Source: Candidatus Sericytochromatia bacterium | GTDB lineage: Bacteria; Cyanobacteriota; Sericytochromatia; S15B-MN24; VGJW01 | Assembly (NCBI GenBank): GCA_035285865.1 | Contig: JAYKHS010000022.1 | Location: 32,001 to 96,000, forward strand | Reading direction: 5' to 3' | DNA: 64,000 nt | Shown here: positions 45,665-55,200 of the stretch, one piece after another | How the letters are laid out: each line of letters starts with the position of its first letter | How positions within the stretch are numbered: the stretch's first letter is position 1 | Made by a program: the position numbers and the translations under genes | The notes under the pieces: model-generated | The model's input: only the letters and a program-made list of their open reading frames with translations | Told to the model about the DNA's origin: nothing | The model's database searches: none

Positions 45665-46489
45665 GTGGGTCTCAGGATCAACACGAACATTACGGCGCTC
45701 AATGCCCACAGGACGCTGAGCGCCAACGACGCCACGCTCTCCAAGAGCCTGGGGCGTCTGTCCAGCGGTCTGCGCATCAACTCGGCTTCTGACGACGCGG
45801 CCGGCTTGGCCATTGCCGAGAAGTTCAAGGCTCAGGTCAAGGGTCTCGGGCAGGCGGCTGCCAACGCGCAGGACGCCATCAACCTGCTGCAGACGGCAGA
45901 AGGTGCACTCAACGAGACGCAGGCCATCCTGCAGCGCATGCGTGAACTGGCCGTGCAGGCCTCGAACGACACGCTGACGGATGACGATCGGGCGGCCATC
46001 CAGGCTGAGGTCGACCAGCTGACGGAAGAGATCGACGGCATCGCCGATCGGACCCAGTACAACAGCAAGCAGCTGCTTGATGGGTCCGTGACCACCCTCA
46101 CGTTCCAGATCGGTGCCAACGAGGACCAGACGCTCACCCTCTCCATCTCCTCGATGGGGTCCGGCGATATCAACGTCCAGACCTCCGACCTGTCCGTAGG
46201 TAGCCAGACCACTGCTGCGGCAGCCATCGGTGCTTTGGACGACGCCCTGACCGCCGTTTCCGAGGAGCGTGGGTCGCTGGGTGCCTACATCAACCGTCTC
46301 GAGCACACGATCGCCAACCTGAACGTTCAGCGCGAGAACATGGCTTCCAGCGAGAGCCGCATCCGCGACCTCGACATGGCGGCCGAGGTGTCCAACCTGT
46401 CCCGTGCCCAGATCCTGGCCCAGTCCAGCCAGGCCATGCTCGCCCAGGCGAACGCGGCGCCTCAGGGAGTCCTCTCCCTGCTGCGTTAG
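45665..46489 (+). CDS. fliC: Flagellin 4 (274 aa, GTG start)
   Basis: Canonical flagellin N- and C-terminal motifs; GGAGG SD. Confidence 0.97.
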   Translation: MGLRINTNITALNAHRTLSANDATLSKSLGRLSSGLRINSASDDAAGLAIAEKFKAQVKGLGQAAANAQDAINLLQTAEGALNETQAILQRMRELAVQASNDTLTDDDRAAIQAEVDQLTEEIDGIADRTQYNSKQLLDGSVTTLTFQIGANEDQTLTLSISSMGSGDINVQTSDLSVGSQTTAAAAIGALDDALTAVSEERGSLGAYINRLEHTIANLNVQRENMASSESRIRDLDMAAEVSNLSRAQILAQSSQAMLAQANAAPQGVLSLLR

Positions 46490-46505
46490 GACCCAGCAAG
46501 GCCGG

Positions 46506-46535
46506 CAGGGTCGGACGGGCAACCGTCCGGCCCTG
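46506..46535. terminator. Hairpin between convergent flagellin 4 and addA
   Basis: cagggtcggacgg-GCAA-ccgtccggccctg with GNRA tetraloop. Confidence 0.75.
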
Positions 46536-46544
46536 TCCGACTTT

Positions 46545-49500
46545 TCAGGGGTCCAGCGTCACGATCCTGCCGTGGGCCATGAAAACCAGGTGTGCCCCCC
46601 GGAGGGGCTTTCCGAACAGCAGGGTGGCGGCCGTCGCGTAGACCGACACCTGGGTGCGATGTTCGACGACGAGATCCTCCAGCCTGCGCCTGCCTGGCGC
46701 ATCGGTCTTGTAATCCCAGACCTCTATGCCGTCGGTCGTCTCGAGGACGGCATCGATGATGCCCTGGACAAGGGGGGCTTCCTCGCCTGTCGGGACCAGG
46801 CCCAGTCTGTCTGCCGTCAACGCGAAGGGAACCTCGCGATGCAGGATGCCGCCACTCAGGCGCGCCTTCACGGCAAGGGGGGACTGAAGCCACCAGACCA
46901 GCCAGCCTGCCTGAAGATGCGCTGCCGCGGCCGGGGTCAGCTGGGTTCGGCCAGCGAGTTCCGCGATGGTGTTCCGGATGTGCTCCTCGTCGGCCGGACT
47001 GTCGAGCGCCACGTGTTGCAGCACCATGTGGAGGGCCTGACCCAGTTCCGCGGCGTCCGGTACCCGGTGCTGGCCCTGCATGAAGAGTGGCCGCAGCGGC
47101 TCGGGTCGATGGGGCCGCGCGAGGACAGAGGCTTCGTGGAGCGCCGTCACCTTCTGCTTGGCTGGCATCCTCGTGGCTGCAAGCCATGGGTAGTTCTCCT
47201 CAGGCGCGGTTTCGGAGGCTTCGCTAGCCTCGGGTCGGACCTCGGGGTCGGCTGTCGCCGTGGCTGCGACATGGAGGTAGCGGAAGGCCCACGCTCCGGG
47301 CGCGCAGGTCGGCATGGCGAGCAGATGGCCGCTGGTTTCAGCCTCGAGGTCCCAGTGCAGGTGCAGCGTGGCCGCGGCTTCCTGCCGCAACAGGAAGGGC
47401 GCCACCATGGCCTGCCACGAAGGGCAACGCAAGGCCTGCTGCAGGGTCAGGCGCCGAATGCCGGCCCGCGCCATCGCCGTGGCCTGCTCCAGGATAGAAG
47501 CTGCAGGCACTGGGGCGATGAGGAACAACGACTCCATGGCGCGCGTCATCGCGACGTAGAGGACTCTGACCTCTTCGGCCAGCGCATCCTTGCGGGTTTC
47601 GCGCGCCACGGCAAGCCGGGCGGGTGTCTCCATCTGGCTGCCGTCGAGGGCATCGCGATAGCGCGTCGCGATGCCGGCGTGCCGGTGGATCTGGAAAGAT
47701 GCCTGGCTGTCCCGGGTCGGGAACGCGCGATCCAGACCGGGTACGAGCACGACCGGGAACTGCAGGCCCTTGGAGGCATGAATGGTCATGACCCGGACGA
47801 CCGCCGTCTGTTCCTCGCCCATCACCGGGCGATCCACACGGCTCTGTTCCGCCTCCATCTCGTCGAGGATGGTCAGGAACTGGTGCAGCCCTCGGGAAGT
47901 GCCGTGCCCGGCAACACGGGCACGGTGAAGCAGGACCTCGAGGTTGGCGGGTGCCGAGGAGGTCGGGCCTTCGTGGGCAACCGCCGCCAGCACCGCGGGG
48001 TCGTCCAGCAGTTGTGCGACGAGGTCGGCTGCCGCCAGCCGGCGACTGGCCCTGCGCCAGGGCTCAAGCCATGCCAGGAGCGCCCGTACCTTCTCGTGTG
48101 CAGCGTCGTCTTGTCCCGATGCATCGAGGATCGCGTGGTGGAAGGGGCCGTCGGGACGGGCCAGGCGCAGGTCGGCCAGATCCTGGTCGGACAATCGGCC
48201 CAGGGTGCTGCGGGCGATTCGCAACAGGGGTCGGTCGTGCCTGGGATTGTCGAGGACGTGGAGCAGGTCCCTGACGAAGGAAATCTCGGGCGTCTCGAAC
48301 CATCCCGCCCGCAGGTTGCCCATCGAGGGAATGCCCGCCGCCGCAAGCGCCTGTCGCACCACCTCGATCTGTGCTCCGTCCCGGACCAGAACGGCGAAGT
48401 CGCCCGGATGAACCGGGCGAAAGGCTTCTTTCTCCCAGATGCGGGATGCGTCGCCATCGCCATCGAGCAGGCCCCGGATGACCTGGGCGCAGGCCTGCGC
48501 CTGAGCCTCTCCCGAACCCACGCCATCGGCCGCTGCAACCGTCACCCATGTGACGCGGGGTTCGCTGGCTTCAGGGTAACTGGCGCCAGCGAGCAGACTT
48601 TCGCGTTCGTCATAATCGAGCCCGCCAGTCGAGCGGTCGAACAGGTGGCCGAACAAGCCGTTGCACGCCTCCAGCAGCGGGGCCCTGCTGCGGAAGTTGT
48701 GGGGCAGGTCGATGCGGCGTGCACCCTCCGGCCCTTCGCGATCCGCGGCCTCGAGGCGACTGAGGAAGAGCGTCGGATCGGCCATGCGGAAACCGTAGAT
48801 GGCCTGCTTCACGTCGCCGACGAGGAAGGCGGAAGGTCGCTTCGGGCCCGAGGCCAGCAGTCCGTCCAACAGGGCCTCCTGGATTGGGTTGGTGTCCTGG
48901 ACCTCGTCGACCAGAATCTGGTCGAACCTGTTGCGCAGCGCCTCTCGTGCCTCCCCGCCCCCCGGGCGTTCGGGGTTCATGATGGCCAAGGCCAGGTGCT
49001 CGAGATCTCCGAAGTCCATCACGCCGGCTTCGCGTTTGCGTGCGGCGTGGTGCCGCAGCAGCGCGCCCAGGAGTCGGATGAATCCGCGAGTCTGGGGGGC
49101 TGAGGCTGCCTGGGCCCATGCGCCGATCCCGGCCCTTTCCGGATCGGCCAGCATGTCCTCACGCATGGCCTTGGTCAACTTTCTCAGGCGATCACGGCGA
49201 TTGCCCCACGGTTCCCACGACTCCTTGTCGTCGTTCTTGCCCACGGGCGGGGCCGAGGGCAGGCGCAGGGACTCGGCCACCTGCTGCAGACCCGCGTGGT
49301 CAGGCCCCTCGCAGCCCGCGAGGGCTCTTGCTGCTTCGAGGAGACGTTCGGCGACCGCGAATCCGTGGGCTGTCTGTTTCGGGAACTTGCCCGTGCTCTC
49401 GAGGTCCTGTGCCCACTGGCGCCACGCCGCCGAAGTGGCCTCGACCCGGGTCTGCAGGTCTACCGCCAGGATGCGCCACCATCGGCGGCACGAATCACTC

Positions 49501-50111
49501 CCTCGGGGGCCGTCTCCGTGGGCGTCTGCTGCAGCGGCGAGCCACGCTTCGGGATCCGGCAGGCTGAGCAGGCGCGTCAGGCCTGCGGCAAGGGCCGCCC
49601 GCAGGAGACGATCCCCATCGGCTGCCGAAGCCTCGAGACACGCACGGATGTCCGGGTCCTCATCTGGCAAGGCGCGCTCGAGCGTTTCGTCGATGGCCTT
49701 CGACAGGAAGAGGCTGGCTTCGCCTTCGTCCAGCAGGCGGGTGTCGGGCGCGACGTCGACGGCGAGGCCCCAGCGCCGCACGATGCGCTGACAGAATGCG
49801 TGCAGAGTCGACATCCAGGCCCGCTCGAGGCGCTGTCGTTGGTCCCGGACAAGCGCATCCTCGGGATGTGCGGCCGCCCGTTCCGCGAGGGCCTTGTCCA
49901 AGCGGTGGCGCATCTCGCGGGCGGCCGCATCGGTGAAGGTGACGACCAGCAGGCGATCCAGATACAGGGGACGAGCCGGATTGCATGCCGCCTCGAGGAT
50001 GCGCGCGACGAGCACGGCCGTCTTGCCGGCGCCGGCACCGGCCGAAACGAGGACGGACGGTTCGTCAGCTCGAATCGCCAGGGCCTGTTGCGGGGTCCAG
50101 TCAGTCGCCAA
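46545..50111 (-). CDS. addA: AddA helicase-nuclease
   Basis: AGAGAGKT, VTFTDAAA, LVDEVQD, GDVKQAIYGFR, TIHASKGLQF, YVAMTRA, GIID...DYKT; TTG start after GGAGG. Confidence 0.93.
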   Translation of the reverse strand: MATDWTPQQALAIRADEPSVLVSAGAGAGKTAVLVARILEAACNPARPLYLDRLLVVTFTDAAAREMRHRLDKALAERAAAHPEDALVRDQRQRLERAWMSTLHAFCQRIVRRWGLAVDVAPDTRLLDEGEASLFLSKAIDETLERALPDEDPDIRACLEASAADGDRLLRAALAAGLTRLLSLPDPEAWLAAAADAHGDGPRGSDSCRRWWRILAVDLQTRVEATSAAWRQWAQDLESTGKFPKQTAHGFAVAERLLEAARALAGCEGPDHAGLQQVAESLRLPSAPPVGKNDDKESWEPWGNRRDRLRKLTKAMREDMLADPERAGIGAWAQAASAPQTRGFIRLLGALLRHHAARKREAGVMDFGDLEHLALAIMNPERPGGGEAREALRNRFDQILVDEVQDTNPIQEALLDGLLASGPKRPSAFLVGDVKQAIYGFRMADPTLFLSRLEAADREGPEGARRIDLPHNFRSRAPLLEACNGLFGHLFDRSTGGLDYDERESLLAGASYPEASEPRVTWVTVAAADGVGSGEAQAQACAQVIRGLLDGDGDASRIWEKEAFRPVHPGDFAVLVRDGAQIEVVRQALAAAGIPSMGNLRAGWFETPEISFVRDLLHVLDNPRHDRPLLRIARSTLGRLSDQDLADLRLARPDGPFHHAILDASGQDDAAHEKVRALLAWLEPWRRASRRLAAADLVAQLLDDPAVLAAVAHEGPTSSAPANLEVLLHRARVAGHGTSRGLHQFLTILDEMEAEQSRVDRPVMGEEQTAVVRVMTIHASKGLQFPVVLVPGLDRAFPTRDSQASFQIHRHAGIATRYRDALDGSQMETPARLAVARETRKDALAEEVRVLYVAMTRAMESLFLIAPVPAASILEQATAMARAGIRRLTLQQALRCPSWQAMVAPFLLRQEAAATLHLHWDLEAETSGHLLAMPTCAPGAWAFRYLHVAATATADPEVRPEASEASETAPEENYPWLAATRMPAKQKVTALHEASVLARPHRPEPLRPLFMQGQHRVPDAAELGQALHMVLQHVALDSPADEEHIRNTIAELAGRTQLTPAAAAHLQAGWLVWWLQSPLAVKARLSGGILHREVPFALTADRLGLVPTGEEAPLVQGIIDAVLETTDGIEVWDYKTDAPGRRRLEDLVVEHRTQVSVYATAATLLFGKPLRGAHLVFMAHGRIVTLDP

Positions 50112-53100
50112 CCTCGACCTCCCGGGTGGGGTCGCGCCCGTCACGGAAGCGACAGGCACGACGGACGGAACAGGTGTTGCACGGCAGTGTCTTCCCCCTC
50201 TGCACCGGCAACGGAGCGAACTCCCCATCGGCCATGCGGTCCGCGAGGTTGCCCGCGAGGGCACGCGTTTCCTCCAGCAGGGTCGTCATATCGGCCTGTT
50301 CCAGGCCCTGACCGCTGTAGAGCGGGCCAGCGGCCTTCCGCCTGAGTCCCCACGTCGCGGAGCGGGAGCCGGGGGAAAGCTCCCTGTCCAGGGCCTCGAG
50401 CAGGTCCTCGTCGTCGACGACGACACTCTTCATCCGCGTCGGCCTGAGGCGCCCAAGCGCCTTCTCCTCCGGCGGGTCCGGGTCCGGGTCCGTGCCCTCT
50501 CCTCCTGGCTCATGCGACGCCTCTTCGGCCGGGACGCTCACCGCCTCGGCTTCGGCATGGAGCATGGCAAACGCGAATCCGCCCGGCTGCAGGTCCTGGT
50601 CCAGCCAAGCGGGAGCCGCATCGGCCACGGCGGCCAGATAGAGCGGCAACTGCAGGTACTCCCCTGTCCGCATCTTCCGGGTCACGGACTTGATGGTCCC
50701 GGACTTGTAGTCGAGCACCATCAGCCAGTCGGACCGCGTCCCTTCGAATACATCCACCCGGTCGATCCGGCCACCGAGGACGTGCTCCGGCCCGTTCGCC
50801 GAAGGCAGCATCAGGGGCGGCAGCCAGACCTGGTCGGTCTCGCGTCGGCTGGAATCCGGACCGAAGCCGAGCTCCACCGCGATGGGCTCCCCTTTGCCGA
50901 GGCGAAGCGTCAACCCCAGGGCGTGCAGGACGTGATCGGCGCGTTTCAGCAGGCGTGAGCGCGCGCGTTCGGACCAGGCGTCCGTCCTCGGGAAGCGCTT
51001 GCGATACTCCGCGGCCATCTCGTCGAGGGCGAGCTTGATTCGCGAACGTTCCTCATCGGCCTCCAGATCGACCCAGCGCAGGCCCTCACGATGCAGGCCG
51101 CGCACGAAGACCTCGAGCGCCAGGTGCAGCAGACGACCGGTCTCGAGGGGTTCGACCCTGCCCGATCGCCGCTCTTCTACCTTGAGGACGTGGCGGGTGA
51201 AACCCAGCCACGGGCAGGTGGCATAGGCCTCCAGCCTGCTTGCGCTGAGCACCGCGGTTCGCGGGAGGCGAATCGGCGCTCGATCCGGTACCGGCAGCGG
51301 AGCCTGCGGCAGGTCGCGAGCCTGTGTGGCCGGCAGGGCCCGGGGGCGCAGGGCCGGCACCATCTGGCGCAGTGCGGTCCACGTCGGCGAGGGTGCAAGG
51401 TCACGGCCTCTGCTGTCGCGTACCGGCCGACTCAGCGTCAGCATGTCACCCGCCCTGCTCAGTGCGTGCAGGACACGGAGGCGCTCATGCTCCTGACGGC
51501 GAAGGCTGTCGGGGCCGACGGCACAGCCGAGCGTCTCCAGTTGGCGGCGATCCGCGTCGTCCAGCATCGGGGCCTCGGCATGGGGGGCAGGCAGATGTCC
51601 GTCCACGAGCCCCATCAACCACAGGCCGCGAAGCTCCGGCGTGCGGGTGCGGTCCACTGTTCCGGCCAGCACCTGATCGAGCGTGGCCGGAACGTGGGCC
51701 AGCGTTCGCCCGGAGAGCGTCGAACCCAGCGCGAACAAGGCCTCGTCCAGAGGGATCGGCGCGTCCCCGTCCACGGCAACCCACTGATCCAGCACTTCCA
51801 GCAGGATGCCGCGCGTCTGCTTCATCGCCTCGGCATCGAGCGGGCGTCCCTCTGCCACGGCCTCGTCCTGATGTCGCGCGAGGGTGCCGGATACCCCGAG
51901 GCGCTCCAGCGTGTCGACCAGACATTCGGCAAGCGCACGGACCGTCGGAATGCGCCCGAGGCGAAGGCCTGCTTCGTGGATGATGCCCAGCACGCGTCGT
52001 GTGCCGGGGGGGCATGATTCCTTGCCTTTCGGCGTATCCAGCCTGCGGGTCCAGTCCTGGTGTTCCCAGCCCTCGGCCAAGACGATGTTCTCGAGGCGGT
52101 CCACCTCGTCCTGGGGAGCCGGGCTTAGATCGTTGCGCAGCAGGTCCATCACCGCTGTCGTCGGCCATCGATGGGCCCAGATGGCGAGCAGGGCGCGTGT
52201 GAGGCGGATCAGCCCCTCATTCTCCACCGGGCGCCGACGATCGAGGAACAGCGGCACGCCGAGGCGTCTGGCCGCCCGCTCCAGCAGGGGCCCGTCCTCG
52301 TCCGCATCCCGGACGAGGATCGCGACCTCGCGCCAGCGCCAGCCCTTGGCGCGGACGGTCCGGGCAACGTCCGCCATCACGCCCTCGGCTTCTGCCGTTC
52401 GGTCCGGTGCCTCGAGGAGGCGCAACCGCCCTTCCGCCTCCTGGGGCGTTCGCAGGTCCGTGCCCCAGTGGCGCAGGACGTGGTCCAGAAGGCCGGCCTC
52501 GGGGAATCGGCCTGCTTGCGATGGAAGATGCAATTCCGCAAGCGTGGTGCCTGCCGCGCGGGCACACTCTTGGAGTCGGGTGCGGGTCTCGAGGGCCAGA
52601 GCGTAGATCAGCCGACCGTCGTGGGTGTCCAGTCTCTCGGGGGCGATGGGCAAGGTGACGGTGATGTCGCGGCCGGCACGAAGCAAGGCCGTGAGGAAGT
52701 GCTCCTCGAGCGGGGTAAAGCCCTGGAAACCGTCCACCCAAAGACGCGCTCCCTCGAGAAAAGGTGCCCGGTCCAACCTTGCGATGGCCTCGCCAAGCAC
52801 GAGATCCTCGTCCTTCCACCCCCCCTGCATGACCCGGTCCTGGCTTTCCATCAGCAGGGCGGCATCCCGCAGACGGGCCGCCAGAACGTCTCCAGGCTGC
52901 TCCGCCGCGCGGGCCGCTGCCTGCCGCAGGCGTGCAGGTGTCAGTCCATGCCGGCGGAACTCGGCCAGCCAGCCGAGCAGGCTCCCAACCCATTGCCAAG
53001 GCCGTTCGAGTCGCCCGAAGTGTTCGAGCTCCTCGCGATGACGAGACAGCAGGCCGTGCAGAAGCAGGTGGCGGCCGCTTTCGTCCAGCGTGCGTCGCGC

Positions 53101-53334
53101 GGCACCCTCGGTCCATTGGGCGATGCGCCAGGCCATCCGCTGGAAGCTGGTGACCTGCAGGCGATGCGAGACTCCCGCTTCATCCTGGATGCGTCGTTCC
53201 ATCAGATCGGTGGCTTGTTCGGGAACGAGCAGGATCAGCGGCCCGCCGGGCTGCGCGGCTGCCTGCGCCATCGCGGACAGGCAGGCACGGGTGTTGCCCC
53301 GACCTGGCGCAGCCAGCGACAGCGTGAGCGGCAT
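50101..53334 (-). CDS. addB: AddB nuclease subunit (Fe-S)
   Basis: LVPEQ, VDGFQGF, SASRLEAYATCP, GRIDRVD, LDYKSG, LQL..Y, CNTC.....C. Confidence 0.92.
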   Translation of the reverse strand: MPLTLSLAAPGRGNTRACLSAMAQAAAQPGGPLILLVPEQATDLMERRIQDEAGVSHRLQVTSFQRMAWRIAQWTEGAARRTLDESGRHLLLHGLLSRHREELEHFGRLERPWQWVGSLLGWLAEFRRHGLTPARLRQAAARAAEQPGDVLAARLRDAALLMESQDRVMQGGWKDEDLVLGEAIARLDRAPFLEGARLWVDGFQGFTPLEEHFLTALLRAGRDITVTLPIAPERLDTHDGRLIYALALETRTRLQECARAAGTTLAELHLPSQAGRFPEAGLLDHVLRHWGTDLRTPQEAEGRLRLLEAPDRTAEAEGVMADVARTVRAKGWRWREVAILVRDADEDGPLLERAARRLGVPLFLDRRRPVENEGLIRLTRALLAIWAHRWPTTAVMDLLRNDLSPAPQDEVDRLENIVLAEGWEHQDWTRRLDTPKGKESCPPGTRRVLGIIHEAGLRLGRIPTVRALAECLVDTLERLGVSGTLARHQDEAVAEGRPLDAEAMKQTRGILLEVLDQWVAVDGDAPIPLDEALFALGSTLSGRTLAHVPATLDQVLAGTVDRTRTPELRGLWLMGLVDGHLPAPHAEAPMLDDADRRQLETLGCAVGPDSLRRQEHERLRVLHALSRAGDMLTLSRPVRDSRGRDLAPSPTWTALRQMVPALRPRALPATQARDLPQAPLPVPDRAPIRLPRTAVLSASRLEAYATCPWLGFTRHVLKVEERRSGRVEPLETGRLLHLALEVFVRGLHREGLRWVDLEADEERSRIKLALDEMAAEYRKRFPRTDAWSERARSRLLKRADHVLHALGLTLRLGKGEPIAVELGFGPDSSRRETDQVWLPPLMLPSANGPEHVLGGRIDRVDVFEGTRSDWLMVLDYKSGTIKSVTRKMRTGEYLQLPLYLAAVADAAPAWLDQDLQPGGFAFAMLHAEAEAVSVPAEEASHEPGGEGTDPDPDPPEEKALGRLRPTRMKSVVVDDEDLLEALDRELSPGSRSATWGLRRKAAGPLYSGQGLEQADMTTLLEETRALAGNLADRMADGEFAPLPVQRGKTLPCNTCSVRRACRFRDGRDPTREVEVGD

Positions 53335-53366
53335 GGTCCGGGCGTCCTCCGTGGTAAAATCAGTAT

Positions 53367-53753
53367 ATGACTTCACAGGGTCTCGGCGAGCGCTTGGGTC
53401 AGGTTCTGCTGACCCAAGGCATCATCAGCCGCGAGCAACTGGACCATGCGCTGCGTGAGCAGGCCAAGAAGCCCTACTTGCGGCTTGGCGAAGTGCTGTT
53501 CACTTTGGGCTACTTGTCCTTCGCCCAGCTCGAAGAGCAACTCGAACAGCAGTATCGCGATCTGCGCCTCGGGCAGTTGTTGGTCCGCAAGGGTTTGCTC
53601 GACCCGGACCAGCTCGAGGCCGCGATGGCCGAGCATGAGGCCACGGGCCTGCTCCTCGGCCACCTTGTCATCAAGCTGGGGTTCTGCACGCTCGAGCAGG
53701 TCTCGCGGGTGCTGGAGGAACAGCGCGTCCTCTCCGGCAACCAAAGAGGCTGA
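53367..53753 (+). CDS. Stand-alone tandem MshEN (c-di-GMP-binding) domain protein
   Basis: Four repeats of (R/L)LGxxLxxxGxxxxxxLxxxLxxQ making up nearly the whole 128 aa. Confidence 0.85.
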   Translation: MTSQGLGERLGQVLLTQGIISREQLDHALREQAKKPYLRLGEVLFTLGYLSFAQLEEQLEQQYRDLRLGQLLVRKGLLDPDQLEAAMAEHEATGLLLGHLVIKLGFCTLEQVSRVLEEQRVLSGNQRG

Positions 53754-53812
53754 CTGGGCCGGCGCCGGATCCCGTGCGCGTCCTGCGGGCGCCCCGATGT
53801 CCGGGTGTCGCG

Positions 53813-55060
53813 CTACATGTAGTAGTCGATGAGTTCGAGGAAGCCGGCCAAAGGCTTGTCGTACCAGGGGAAGTCCAGATCGGCATCCGTGATGGCCGGG
53901 GTGGACGCCCAGTCCGGATCCGGGACGCGCGCCCGGAACGAGCTGATCCGCCCGGGCTCGGTCAGGACCATGTCCAGTTCCTGGTTGTTTTCGAAGGTAA
54001 GCGTGTCGCCGTTCGATGACCCGACCAGGAGGAAGGCGTCGTCGATGACGGTGTACTTGATGTGGGCATAGGCCTTGTCATACCAATGCATCTGCACGCC
54101 TGACGGCCGGATCTGCTTTGCCGACCACTTGTTGAGCTTGCGCAGGATCTCGCGGTCATGCGTCGTCAGGATGACGCGCACCTGGACGCCGCGCCGGGCT
54201 GCTTCCTTGAGCTTGGCCATGAGGGCATCGTCCGAGAAGAACGGATAGGCCATGTCGATGCGGGTGGTGGCCTTCTGCAGTGCGTCGAAGAGCACCTTGC
54301 GGATCTCCGATTCCCGACCGCGTTCCCTGGGGCTGGTCACGGCGATGCCCACGGGCTCCTGGCCGTAGCTGCCGTGCGGGCGGAGGGGCAGGTCAAAGGT
54401 CTTGCCGCCTGCCCGGATCCAGTCCAACCGGAACTCGTCGTGCATGATCCCGGCAGCGTCTCCGTCGACCTGCCACAGCATGTCGTGGGCATGGTCGAGG
54501 TACTTCTCGCCCAGGTTCATGCCGCCCGTCATCGCCTTGTCACCGTCCACGAGGTACAGCTTGCGATGCGTGATGTTCAGCCCCACGCCTGACTTGCGGA
54601 CGTAGGGGGTGGCCCGGTAGACCTGCACGGCCACGCCTGCCTGCTTGAGGATGCGTTCGACCTTGCTGTCGACGTGGTTCTGTCCGGTCTGGTCGAGGAT
54701 GACGCGAACGTCCACGCCCGCCTTGTGGCGGTCGATGAGGATGTCGCAGATGCGGCGCCCCAACGCATCGCTCCAGAACTCGAAGGTCTGCATGTAGAGG
54801 GACCGCCGCGCGGAACGCAGGTGGTCGAGGAAGGCAGGCAGCACCTCGCGGTCGACCGTGAGCGCAAGTCGGTTGTTGGTCGTGACGGGACGCTGGACGC
54901 TCTGGCGGATGCGCTGGGCCATCTCCATCGCCCGTGCCGAGGGACCCGAGAGCGAACGGGTCGGTGCCGAAGCGGGCCCGAGGCCGCAGCCGGCGAGGGC
55001 CAGCAGGGCCACCATCGCGGTGAGCTGCCGAATGTTCCGGGTCTTGGACGTCTTGGTCAT
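53813..55060 (-). CDS. Phospholipase D / cardiolipin synthase family lipoprotein
   Basis: HRKLYLVD..GGMN and HIKYTVID..GSSN HKD motifs; lipobox LAGC. Confidence 0.9.
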   Translation of the reverse strand: MTKTSKTRNIRQLTAMVALLALAGCGLGPASAPTRSLSGPSARAMEMAQRIRQSVQRPVTTNNRLALTVDREVLPAFLDHLRSARRSLYMQTFEFWSDALGRRICDILIDRHKAGVDVRVILDQTGQNHVDSKVERILKQAGVAVQVYRATPYVRKSGVGLNITHRKLYLVDGDKAMTGGMNLGEKYLDHAHDMLWQVDGDAAGIMHDEFRLDWIRAGGKTFDLPLRPHGSYGQEPVGIAVTSPRERGRESEIRKVLFDALQKATTRIDMAYPFFSDDALMAKLKEAARRGVQVRVILTTHDREILRKLNKWSAKQIRPSGVQMHWYDKAYAHIKYTVIDDAFLLVGSSNGDTLTFENNQELDMVLTEPGRISSFRARVPDPDWASTPAITDADLDFPWYDKPLAGFLELIDYYM

Positions 55061-55149
55061 GTGGTCTCGAAACCTCAAGATGGTCTCAAGTATGGGTTAT
55101 GCCCAGATGAAGGTCCATTCTTGCGCAGAACTTTTAACAGAATCTGAAC

Positions 55150-55190
55150 AAAAGCCCCCCGAGACTCGGAGGACTCGGGGGACAGGGGCT
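55150..55190 (-). terminator. Probable intrinsic terminator between the PLD paralogs
   Basis: cccccgag/ctcggggg stem followed by TTTT on the minus strand. Confidence 0.5.
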
Positions 55191-55200
55191 ACGACGGGGT

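Noticed and set aside
42607..46489. Long near-identical DNA repeats suggesting a repeat array or invertible phase-variation cassette
   Set aside because: Explained by conserved flagellin termini; all genes are co-oriented and no recombinase or inverted recombination sites were seen
50474..50491. (GGGTCC)x3 tandem repeat in addB
   Set aside because: Encodes an in-frame Pro-Asp linker; too short to suggest a contingency locus
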